From the IMG/VR virus record IMGVR_UViG_3300037045_000218, positions 1 to 50,307 of that record: a DNA stretch of 50,307 bases. One strand, given 5' to 3'. The notes beneath the pieces are model-generated. The model was given only the letters and a program-made list of their open reading frames with translations, was not told where the DNA came from and did not search any database. This stretch comes from a virus. Taxonomy: Duplodnaviria; Caudoviricetes. Below are positions 9,316-18,008 of this stretch, piece by piece. The position numbers were made by a program, and so were the translations under genes. Within the stretch, counting starts at the first letter, position 1. Each line of letters starts with the position of its first letter.

Positions 9316-10893
9316 TTATTTTAATATGCTTGTGCCGTCCTTAAATTCGAATTCCAACTCGCCGTTTGATTTAATGGTCACTATATCGATCGCTGCCACC
9401 CAAAGCTTCTCATCAAATTCTTCAAGTGTACTCTCACGACTTGCGAGGTTCTGAATAAAGCCCTTTAGTATGAGACTTTTACTTTGACGCTTTCGTTTCA
9501 AAACTTCAAGTTCGGTTGCACGCTCCAAGGCCCTCCTGTGTTTTTCAAGAAAGCCATTGTTTCGTTCATGCCATTCATCCTGATCTATTGCAGAATGGGC
9601 ATTTTCATGGATGGCTTTCCTTGATAACTCTGCGGCCACTTCAATTTCCTGGTGCAACCCAACTATCTCTGAATCGATCTCAGTGCAATCACAAAGTGAT
9701 TTCTGAGCTAAACGGCAATTGGCAATCAGTTCTTCCTTATGCTCCATAATTGAATTGAAAGCTTCTAAAAATTTCTGTTTGACTTTTTCCTCGGTTACAT
9801 GAGGGGTGGTGCACTTGGTATCACCTTTGTATTTCTGGTTGCAACACCAAACCACTTTTCGATATTTTGTATTGGAATTCCAAATCTTTGAGCCATAAAA
9901 ACCGCCACATTCCTCGCACACCAGTTTTGTTGCCAATGGACTTTGGCAGGATGTAGGTCGTCCTAGCTTCTTTCGACGCTCAATCTCAACCTGAACCGCA
10001 TCAAATTCATCTGGCTCAATAATGGCTGGGTGACTATTGTGGACATAGTACTGAGGAACTTCCCCTTCATTTGCCTTCATCTTTTTGTTAAGGAAATCAA
10101 CTGTAAAACGCTTCTGCAGTAGGGCATCACCCTTGTATTTTTCGTTAGTGAGGATGGAATTAACGGTAGAAACCTGCCACCTATTCTTTCCGCCAGGAGA
10201 TGGAATGCCTTTATCGGCAAGGTGTCTTGCAATTGCTGATGAAGTTTTTCCTTCCATAAATAGGCGGTATATTGTGCGGATTATTATCGCTTCGCTATCG
10301 ACAATTTTTGGTGTGCCATCATCGCCCTTTTCATATCCTAGGAACCACTTATAAGGCATGTTGACTTTTCCATCAGCAAATCGCTTCCGCTGACCCCAGG
10401 TGACATTTTCAGAGATGGATCTACTTTCTTCCTGCGCCAATGAACTCATGATCGTAATGAGCAATTCGCCCTTGCCGTCAAAGGTGTAAATATTTTCTTT
10501 TTCGAAAAATACCTCAACACCCTTCTCCTTAAGCTTACGAACTGTTGAAAGGCTATCCACCGTATTTCTGGCAAATCGGCTGACGGACTTGGTGACAATA
10601 AGGTCAATTTTTCCAGCCAAAGCATCAGCCACCATACGGTTAAACCCGTCACGCTTTTTTGTATTCACAGCACTAATTCCTTCATCCGCATAAACCTCGA
10701 CAAACTCCCATTCAGATCGCTCTTTGATGTACTTGGTATAGTAGTCAACCTGTGCCCCATAGGAAGTGAGTTGTTCCTCGCTATCTGTAGAAACGCGAGC
10801 GTAAGCTGCCGTTCTTCTTTTAATTGATGGATTGCTACTTTGTGCTGAGGTTCGATGTAGGGTAGCTGGTATAACTCTAACCTTAGAATCCAT
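9316..10893 (-). CDS. Large serine recombinase
   Basis: AAYARVST, IVTKSVSRFARN, recombinase domain, CEECGG zinc ribbon, coiled coil; likely start MDSKVRVIPA after GAAAGGTGG. Confidence 0.95.
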   Translation of the reverse strand: MDSKVRVIPATLHRTSAQSSNPSIKRRTAAYARVSTDSEEQLTSYGAQVDYYTKYIKERSEWEFVEVYADEGISAVNTKKRDGFNRMVADALAGKIDLIVTKSVSRFARNTVDSLSTVRKLKEKGVEVFFEKENIYTFDGKGELLITIMSSLAQEESRSISENVTWGQRKRFADGKVNMPYKWFLGYEKGDDGTPKIVDSEAIIIRTIYRLFMEGKTSSAIARHLADKGIPSPGGKNRWQVSTVNSILTNEKYKGDALLQKRFTVDFLNKKMKANEGEVPQYYVHNSHPAIIEPDEFDAVQVEIERRKKLGRPTSCQSPLATKLVCEECGGFYGSKIWNSNTKYRKVVWCCNQKYKGDTKCTTPHVTEEKVKQKFLEAFNSIMEHKEELIANCRLAQKSLCDCTEIDSEIVGLHQEIEVAAELSRKAIHENAHSAIDQDEWHERNNGFLEKHRRALERATELEVLKRKRQSKSLILKGFIQNLASRESTLEEFDEKLWVAAIDIVTIKSNGELEFEFKDGTSILK

Positions 10894-12193
10894 CCTTAAC
10901 ACCACCTTTCGAAATCCTGCGGGCAGTTTCTCGCATCTCTTCAGTCCAGCTTTCTCGACGGGATTTGTGCTGCCATGTCCTTTCGACAGAATGTCCATCT
11001 CGAAAGATAAAAGTCAATAACCCTTGTCCCGGAACCAAGATTTCGGCAATATCATTTACAAAAACGTCTGTGTTGAATTTCTCGACTCCAAGCACTTCCA
11101 TGCTAAGCAAATACAGTACGTTTTCCGGTATCTGCTTTGAAGAGCACACGGACTTTCCCTCCTGTAAGTAGTTCGAACAATACCAAGCCGCCTTGCCTCT
11201 TTGAAGTTTCCGCTTATAGTTCTTTCCGCAGTTTTCACAACGAACCAAGCCGGTAAAAGGATATTGATTCGTGGGAATATTTTTTACTTCGAATTTCAAT
11301 CTTCGCTCTTCCAGAACAGCTTGTGCTCTTTCAAACAATTCTAGATCAATAATTGCAGGATGTGTATCTTCTGCATAATATCTTGGCAAATGGCCTTTAT
11401 TTCTAATCAATTTTTTCAACAAATAATCCTCAACGAACTTCTTTTGCAAAAGAGCATTGCCAGTGTATTTTTCATTTTTTATAATCTCTATAATCCGTTG
11501 ATATCTCCACTCACCCCCAAAAGGTCTGTGAATCTTCATCTTCTTCAACTTTTCCACAATTTTTCTGCCCCCCATTCCGCCAACATAGTCTTCGAAAATC
11601 ATACGAATGATATTCGCCTGCTCAATATCGATTTCGACTTTGCCCTTGATAATTCGATACCCAAACATGAACCTGAAATTTACCAGCTCACCATTCTCAA
11701 ATTGTTTGCGTATACGCCATTTGCAGTTTTCACTCACTGATCGGCTTTCTTCTTGTGCATAGCTTGCAAGGATGGTCAGCATCAGTTCGCCATCACCACT
11801 GAGTGTGTGAATGTTTTGTTCTTCGAAGAATACGTCCACACCCATGCCTTTGAGCTCGCGTACCGTTTCCAACAAGTCGATCGTATTGCGGGCAAACCTT
11901 GAGATAGACTTTGTCAGTACCAGGTCGATCTTCCCGTTTCTGCAATCTTCAACCATGCACTTGAATTCAGGTCTATTATTCTTGGTTCCTGACATCGCTT
12001 CATCAGCATAAATCCCGGCAAACAGCCAGCCAGGATGCTGCTGAATAAAGTCGCTGTAATAGCTCACTTGTGCAGTAAGGGAATGCAACATCTCATCCTT
12101 GCCGGAAGACACCCTAGCATACGCCGCGACCTTGGTTAAAGTGGGTAATGCCGCTATGATTTTTTCCTTTTTAGTGATGGTCTTACTCATCAA
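10883..12193 (-). CDS. Large serine recombinase
   Basis: AAYARVSS, LTKSISRFARN, CENCG zinc ribbon. Confidence 0.95.
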   Translation of the reverse strand: MMSKTITKKEKIIAALPTLTKVAAYARVSSGKDEMLHSLTAQVSYYSDFIQQHPGWLFAGIYADEAMSGTKNNRPEFKCMVEDCRNGKIDLVLTKSISRFARNTIDLLETVRELKGMGVDVFFEEQNIHTLSGDGELMLTILASYAQEESRSVSENCKWRIRKQFENGELVNFRFMFGYRIIKGKVEIDIEQANIIRMIFEDYVGGMGGRKIVEKLKKMKIHRPFGGEWRYQRIIEIIKNEKYTGNALLQKKFVEDYLLKKLIRNKGHLPRYYAEDTHPAIIDLELFERAQAVLEERRLKFEVKNIPTNQYPFTGLVRCENCGKNYKRKLQRGKAAWYCSNYLQEGKSVCSSKQIPENVLYLLSMEVLGVEKFNTDVFVNDIAEILVPGQGLLTFIFRDGHSVERTWQHKSRRESWTEEMRETARRISKGGVKDGF

Positions 12194-12212
12194 TTTTGCC
12201 TCCTTTCGCAGT

Positions 12213-12246
12213 TACATATATCACTCTAAAAGCCCCTAAAAGCAAG
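12213..12246 (-). promoter_or_regulatory. Repeated promoter/operator-like motif (also 43668-43700 and 44915-44948)
   Basis: CTTGCT-N-TTTAGAGTGATATATGTA-like sequence just upstream of an RBS in three places. Confidence 0.55.
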
Positions 12247-12251
12247 CACTT

Positions 12252-12407
12252 TCAGCGGTATATGCTGCCTTTTGGAAAGCCGTATTTGTCGGCTATGAGG
12301 GCATCAATTTCTATATATTCTTCTTCACTAATGATGCCTTGCTCAAGCCATTTTCGAAAAACTGTCACAGCTATGCGGTAATGAAGGATCGCCTGTTGCT
12401 TACTCAT
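12252..12407 (-). CDS. Small SHOCT-like protein of the recombinase module
   Basis: 51 aa MSKQQ...WLEQGIISEEEYIEID...KYG; position directly before the recombinase pair. Confidence 0.7.
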   Translation of the reverse strand: MSKQQAILHYRIAVTVFRKWLEQGIISEEEYIEIDALIADKYGFPKGSIYR

Positions 12408-12816
12408 GTCGCACCGCCTTTGCCTTCCCATAGCAGGCGCGTGAACAGTATTTGCGATCCCGTTTGCCATAGCCCTCAAAAGTTTCTCCACAGGTCTCGC
12501 AGGTGAAGTGTTGAACGTTTTTTCTGGTTACCGTTTCCGGATGAGCATTCCACCAGGCCATCCGGCACTTATCTGAGCAGTAATGCTTTTGCTTCTTACC
12601 AGAGGTTTGTTTGACCGAGGTTCCACACTGGCGGCAATAGGTAGCGCTCACTGATTCTGGTGCCACCAAAGCGAATCCTCCGAGGTTGTTTCTGCGGCAG
12701 TAGGATTTTATTGTATTCTCCGAGATGCCAAGAAAACTAGCTATTACCGTGTAGCTTTTGCCTTCTTTACGCAATTTTTGAGTTGCATCTTTTTGCTGGT
12801 TGTTCAAAGTCGTCAC
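12400..12816 (-). CDS. Sigma-70 region-4-like HTH + zinc-finger protein
   Basis: GKSYTVIASFLGISENTIKSYCRR HTH; CRQC, YCSDKC, CETC, YCSRAC. Confidence 0.75.
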   Translation of the reverse strand: MTTLNNQQKDATQKLRKEGKSYTVIASFLGISENTIKSYCRRNNLGGFALVAPESVSATYCRQCGTSVKQTSGKKQKHYCSDKCRMAWWNAHPETVTRKNVQHFTCETCGETFEGYGKRDRKYCSRACYGKAKAVRHE

Positions 12817-13014
12817 CTCCTAGCTTAGAAATCGCTCTTACTACCCAATGGAGGCAAACAAACCGTTTGAACGAAAAATCAGCAAAAATAATAATGCCTA
12901 CCAAAAGACAACTCTTTCGATAGACATTACAACATAAAGATCCATTCAGAACATTCCATCATCTTGGCATCAAATGCGACAACTCTAACAATTTAGGTCG
13001 TGGGTGCCTCTGTG

Positions 13015-14997
13015 CTATCTGCCAAAAATATCTCTTCTGAGTAATTTATAAATGTTAGTTTCTTGCGTTATCAACGGAGCCATTGTATCACGCAAAAAAG
13101 AAATTGTATCATTACCACATTTTGTTAACCCGAGGGCTTTCTTTGTCTCAGTGAAAAACAAACCAGACGCAGACTTCAAATCATCAGTAGGATTCCCACG
13201 TGCAATGGACTGTCTTAATGCTTCTTCCTTGATTGCTATTATCTCACCGTATTTTTCTAACTTATCACAAACCATACATAGCCTTTCAATAATTTCATCT
13301 TCAAGCAAGTAAGATTCAAGTTCTCGTAATGACAACACAGTTATATTTAGAATTTTCAGCTCTTCAGTTTCTTCTAAGCTTCTATCATCTCTATCTATCA
13401 GTTTAATGATTATATGATAAGGGTTCACTTTTTTGATTATCTCAAATAGCATTTTATCTTCTGTCTCGATATCTTTGCACGACCCAACAGAGCAAAATAC
13501 TGCGTTAGGAAACTCCAATGAAAATATTTTCGTATAACACTTCTCATCAAAATTCGAATTTTTTATTCCGCCAGAATTGCCCTCGCAAAAAATAATGAAT
13601 TTATCGGTTTCTTTTCTAATGCTGGTAGTATTATGGGAATTATCAATTTGATAGTCTCTAACCATATATGTGACTTGATTACTACCTTCGGCCATTCTTA
13701 TGGCCTCAAGGCATAAAATATTAATCATTACTGCTGGAGCACCCTGAATATACCAACAACCAACTTCGTTTTGCTGACTTAATAACCATTCCTTGGCTTT
13801 TTCAACATACCTTTGGTATCCTACGGGTTTTGTTAAAGATAAGGCTGTCATTGCTAAACAAGTAGATAAAATACTTCCTTTTTCATCTTTGGACGTTAGC
13901 GGCCAAGCTCCAGAAACCAATTGAGTTTGGAACAATAGTAATAATGCTTGATCTAAAATCTCCTTGTTTATATTAGTTGGATTAATACGTTGCCAAGCGA
14001 AAGCAATTATACTTGCAGTTGGCACATAATCAACGTAAGTAAAACCTCTTTGCTCTTTGGCTGGTTCTTCCCAATACCGCTTCCATGGCTTCGCAGGATC
14101 GATATTTCCTACGCATATTCCGTATAATAGTGCTTCTAAACCGAATTTTGAGGCCTTCCTAAGTAAAAAGTCAGACCTACAATAAAAAAACAATGGATAC
14201 AATGAATAAACTTGGTCGACCCCGCCTTGATAAGCTGTAGATATTTCTTGAGCGTACACATCAGCCCATGGTTCGTATTCATTTAGTTGAAACCATTCCA
14301 TTGCTCTAAAGAAGGTTGAAGATATAAAATCTTCTTCCTCATCTCTAGCGCTTAGAAAACTTGGAAACATAATCGAATGTTTAAATAAATCTGCAAGCTC
14401 AATTAATGAAATCTCTTTCTTCTTAGCTCTTTCTATTAATTTTTTATCATTATTATTTAGCAATCGATCTCTTTCAACATCAACACATATTGATTTTCTC
14501 CATGCTTCACTTAATTCGTGTGATGAAACAAGCGATTCTCCCTTGCTCTTAAAATATATAAGTGCTTCGAGATCGGCATCTGCGGTAGTCTTTAATGCAT
14601 ACGGATAGAGCCAAGCTTCTGCTTTTTCAATTCCTGACGGAACTAATACAAAAGCTTCTTGAAATTTATCTCTGATTGTAATCAGTTCGGGAATGTCTTC
14701 TTTAATTTCGGATCTGAACCCTAATGGCAAAAATTCATGAATCTGTGGCTTATCGCTATCTGGTTTTTCTCTTGATTTAACGTCCCGTATCTCGTATGCC
14801 CTTATTTTTATTTTATCTATATCAACAAAGTTATATATTTCTGGAATATAAATATCAATTGTCTGAAAGACACCCTCCAGAGAATACATACCCCAGTAAT
14901 ATATCATCTCAGATGCAAAAATCCAAATTTTAGATAATTGTCGTACACTTGCTGTCCGAATAAAAACCTCCATCTTTTTTTCATTTAAACAATTCAA
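13015..14997 (-). CDS. Hypothetical fusion: prenyltransferase/squalene-cyclase-like QW repeats + OLD-type TOPRIM-like domain
   Basis: LFQTQLVSGAW and WLLSQQNEVGCW repeats; IIFCEG...SVGS...LIDRDD...RELESYL; likely TTG start at 14997 after GAGGT. Confidence 0.6.
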   Translation of the reverse strand: MNCLNEKKMEVFIRTASVRQLSKIWIFASEMIYYWGMYSLEGVFQTIDIYIPEIYNFVDIDKIKIRAYEIRDVKSREKPDSDKPQIHEFLPLGFRSEIKEDIPELITIRDKFQEAFVLVPSGIEKAEAWLYPYALKTTADADLEALIYFKSKGESLVSSHELSEAWRKSICVDVERDRLLNNNDKKLIERAKKKEISLIELADLFKHSIMFPSFLSARDEEEDFISSTFFRAMEWFQLNEYEPWADVYAQEISTAYQGGVDQVYSLYPLFFYCRSDFLLRKASKFGLEALLYGICVGNIDPAKPWKRYWEEPAKEQRGFTYVDYVPTASIIAFAWQRINPTNINKEILDQALLLLFQTQLVSGAWPLTSKDEKGSILSTCLAMTALSLTKPVGYQRYVEKAKEWLLSQQNEVGCWYIQGAPAVMINILCLEAIRMAEGSNQVTYMVRDYQIDNSHNTTSIRKETDKFIIFCEGNSGGIKNSNFDEKCYTKIFSLEFPNAVFCSVGSCKDIETEDKMLFEIIKKVNPYHIIIKLIDRDDRSLEETEELKILNITVLSLRELESYLLEDEIIERLCMVCDKLEKYGEIIAIKEEALRQSIARGNPTDDLKSASGLFFTETKKALGLTKCGNDTISFLRDTMAPLITQETNIYKLLRRDIFGR

Positions 14998-15028
14998 TAG
15001 CCTTACCTCACTATTCGTTATATATTCA

Positions 15029-15140
15029 ACATCCAACCTGACCACACAACCCCGGAAAATCCAAAAAACATCTAAATCGACCACTCGCGAACCACTGATA
15101 TCTAAACTGACCACTCGTCAAGCACCGACATCTAAATTGC
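15029..15140. repeat. Four degenerate direct repeats, three at 30-bp period
   Basis: ACATCCAACCTGACCAC (15029), ACATCTAAATCGACCACTCG (15068), ATATCTAAACTGACCACTCG (15098), ACATCTAAATTG (15128). Confidence 0.85.
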
Positions 15141-15240
15141 TCTGTCACGTTCAAAATCATGCCTTTGGACTTATTCCCACGAACCGATATTTTCACGATC
15201 TTATCACATCAGATTTTTACTCTCAAACCTCGAAAAGCCC

Positions 15241-15306
15241 TTATTCCAAGCCTTTTTCACACTCTTTCATCTCTACCCTTGACATCAATACTACCGTCTC
15301 AACGTG
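15241..15306 (-). other. Isolated copy of the rlmD/rumA 3' end (att-like half site)
   Basis: CACGTTGAGACGGTAGTATTGATGTCAAGGGTAGAG... translates HVETVVLMSRVEMKECEKGLE*, the RlmD C-terminal motif, with no upstream gene. Confidence 0.8.
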
Positions 15307-15352
15307 GGTCGAACCATTTTCTATGATGTCAGATACTAATTTGGGTATATGA

Positions 15353-15443
15353 CGTAAGTGGGAACAGGTCGATGACCTTTTTGCGTTTTCGAGGCATGCG
15401 GTAACATGTCAAAGTCTTTATCTGTTCGTGAGAACATATCAAT
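15353..15443 (-). other. Three tandem degenerate upstream halves of the rlmD target site
   Basis: IDMFSRT (15443-15423), FDMLPHA (15413-15393), VIDLFPLT (15376-15353) versus RlmD VDMFPxT. Confidence 0.6.
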
Positions 15444-15607
15444 CAGAATACGGATTATTCACATACCCAGCTGGATATGCCTCGATATGGTCCGCAAACG
15501 GTGGAAAGAGCGAAAGCACATTATCAACAAAATCATAAAGATTATCAATATCATCCAATATTTTAACAGGGACCCTTTGTCTTACTCAAAAGTTATTAAA
15601 TCAATTC

Positions 15608-16657
15608 TTATCTTTTACCCATATACATTGTTTCAACATACAAGCATTTAAAATATTCTGCCCAAGAAGCATCTATTCTACCGCTGACAGTAACATTGTC
15701 ACCTTCACTGACAGCCTTGCTAACTGAGTTCAACCATGTTCTATCCCCTACACGAATTATGAGTCCATCATATATAGAATAGTCATAGGTACCTAGTGCA
15801 GTTGTTCCGTCATAATCTCCTCCAGTTACATTGATAATATGACTAGTTCCACCATCATATGTTAAATGGTGCGTTACATACGCATCAAACTCAACATACT
15901 GACCATCATACTTGCTGCAAAATTGAATATATGACATATCTTTGCTTGTAAGTACATTGAGCAAGTCTGGACAATTATCAACCGTCAATAATGGCGATTC
16001 ATTATAATATATAGAAATCTCTGCATTTGAGTTGAACTCATCACCTGCGTTCCATGGGTCAGTACTGACCCTACCAGTTTCTATCACCATTTCACGTATG
16101 TTAATCCTAAAATTATCATCATCTGGATCACAAGGAACTGCATGAATATTTGTAAAGCCTAATCCTTTTAGATGCTCTGTTAAAGTCTCTATTGTCCATT
16201 CTGAACCAATATAATCAGAAGTACTATTAGGCATCTTTATTTCACCATTAGGCATTGAATTAGATGTATTCTTTTCTTTCGATTTAGATTCATTATTATC
16301 TAGTTCAACCGAATCATTATCAGTTTTGTTTGGAAAAGTATGATAATAAACAACGACAGCTGCATTATTGGCAACCCACTTATCTGGCGAATATTCAAAA
16401 TCTCCATCAATTGATACCTTTTGGACTTCGCCATCACCCGTTAACCATCCAATCACCAAGTCATCGATTCTTTCTGTTGAAATATTTGTAAATCCCTTTT
16501 TTTCAAATATTACGATAACATCCTCGTACTTTCGTCCTTTCAGGGCACTTGAACTAGGTGGTGTTTTTGCTTGTCCACTATGTCCATCTGAACTGCCACA
16601 CGCCGACAATGACACACATATTAAAAGAATTAAGAACAAGGATAATATTTTTCTCAT
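15608..16657 (-). CDS. Lipoprotein with duplicated domain and C-terminal OB-fold-like region (DUF4839-like)
   Basis: Signal peptide with LSAC lipobox; two GFTNI...YY repeats. Confidence 0.75.
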   Translation of the reverse strand: MRKILSLFLILLICVSLSACGSSDGHSGQAKTPPSSSALKGRKYEDVIVIFEKKGFTNISTERIDDLVIGWLTGDGEVQKVSIDGDFEYSPDKWVANNAAVVVYYHTFPNKTDNDSVELDNNESKSKEKNTSNSMPNGEIKMPNSTSDYIGSEWTIETLTEHLKGLGFTNIHAVPCDPDDDNFRINIREMVIETGRVSTDPWNAGDEFNSNAEISIYYNESPLLTVDNCPDLLNVLTSKDMSYIQFCSKYDGQYVEFDAYVTHHLTYDGGTSHIINVTGGDYDGTTALGTYDYSIYDGLIIRVGDRTWLNSVSKAVSEGDNVTVSGRIDASWAEYFKCLYVETMYMGKR

Positions 16658-16898
16658 GGTTAATCCTCCTATCTTTTTGACAAGATATGATTTGAGATCA
16701 CTACATTTGCATCCGACAAGAATTTTCTTCCACCTAATGTTACTTCATGTCAATTTACTGTAATTGATTCAACCACACCAGGTTTTTTCATTAATCCTAA
16801 ATATTAATCATTAAGTGGTACACATTTAATATTTATAAATCCTGCCTCCCTAATTCTCAAGCAAACATTTTATCAATTTCCTATTGCTTGATCAGTGG

Positions 16899-16937
16899 TT
16901 AGAGCTTCAACATCATCACCACGCACTCCACATATGT
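16899..16937 (-). other. Second isolated rlmD 3'-end-like half site
   Basis: ACATATGTGGAGTGCGTGGTGATGATGTTGAAGCTCTAA = TYVECVVMMLKL*. Confidence 0.6.
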
Positions 16938-17056
16938 TCGGACCGAAGTCCGGCTACCATTGCGCATTTTAGCGGTTTCGCGGGATTGTACGACCCCTTA
17001 AAATTGCAAGGGGGGCGCTTTTATTAGGCTCTTAATCTTTGCGCAATTATATAAAA

Positions 17057-17938
17057 TCAACTTTTTTTCAACTCAATTGTCCTTAGAATAATTTCTTTTC
17101 TTGGCTCCTTGCTACCTTTTATCATCGATTCAATGATCGCTACCGATTTTAGTACTGTATCTATGCTAATATCCGGAATTTCATCATTATCATTTAGATA
17201 TCCATTAAGATACACAGCCGAAGGATTCTTAATTCCCATTCTCTCACAGACTAGCCAGCATACACATTCAGCTTCAAACTCACGTTCATATAAATCTAGC
17301 CAACGTCTATCTTCCCACCACTTCGGATTGGGAGTCCCAAGGTGACCACAATACATATGTCCCAATTCGTGAAGAATCGTTGCAAATTTAGTTTCTTTTG
17401 GATGCGCTCGATTAACCACCATATTAAACACAACCTGCAACCACATTTCTTTGTTTCCTTTAACCATCCTTATTTCATTTGAATGATCACCAGTCTGAAT
17501 AAATCCAGCACTTGAAGCGCCTCTATCAGATTCACAATAAAGTATACCATCGCATCTTAAGTTATCAGCAAATTGTTTAAATACAAAATCAGAGATCTCA
17601 CCTTCCGTTTTAAAAGGATTCAATAATTTTTCTGGAAAGGGGTCCTTTCCGTAAGTATCCATTAGTTCGAATACAAATGAGACTGGACCAAAAGGTCTTA
17701 ATATGACTAGCGGTCTTGCTCCAGGATTAATTTTCCTATTGAATCGCCTCACCCAATCTGAAGCAGATGCAATGTATTTACTACCTGGTTTTTGAATATG
17801 AATTAGCATTGCATTGTAAGGTGCTATTTGAGGAAATTTCTTTACAAACTCAAATAGCCCTTTCAATTCATTACTCTTACGATATGTGCCGATTTCTAGA
17901 AACAACTTATCCAATTCAGGGATACTTTTCTTTTTCAT
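17057..17938 (-). CDS. ArdC-like ssDNA-binding domain + ImmA/IrrE-like zinc metallopeptidase
   Basis: YNAMLIHIQKP...W.RRFNRKI..GA N-domain; HELGH and EFEAE. Confidence 0.75.
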   Translation of the reverse strand: MKKKSIPELDKLFLEIGTYRKSNELKGLFEFVKKFPQIAPYNAMLIHIQKPGSKYIASASDWVRRFNRKINPGARPLVILRPFGPVSFVFELMDTYGKDPFPEKLLNPFKTEGEISDFVFKQFADNLRCDGILYCESDRGASSAGFIQTGDHSNEIRMVKGNKEMWLQVVFNMVVNRAHPKETKFATILHELGHMYCGHLGTPNPKWWEDRRWLDLYEREFEAECVCWLVCERMGIKNPSAVYLNGYLNDNDEIPDISIDTVLKSVAIIESMIKGSKEPRKEIILRTIELKKS

Positions 17939-18008
17939 CTAAACTCCCTCCCCGTAAGGTTTTTTATTCCCCTATAAATCTCTTCATAAAGTATCACCCC
18001 ACTAATCT

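Noticed and set aside
15029-15140. Mini CRISPR array
   Set aside because: Repeats are degenerate and non-palindromic, intervening bits are only ~10 bp, and no cas genes are in the window
15474-15512. LFPPFADHIEA as another intact rlmD site
   Set aside because: Spacing is off by one codon and nucleotide similarity is weak
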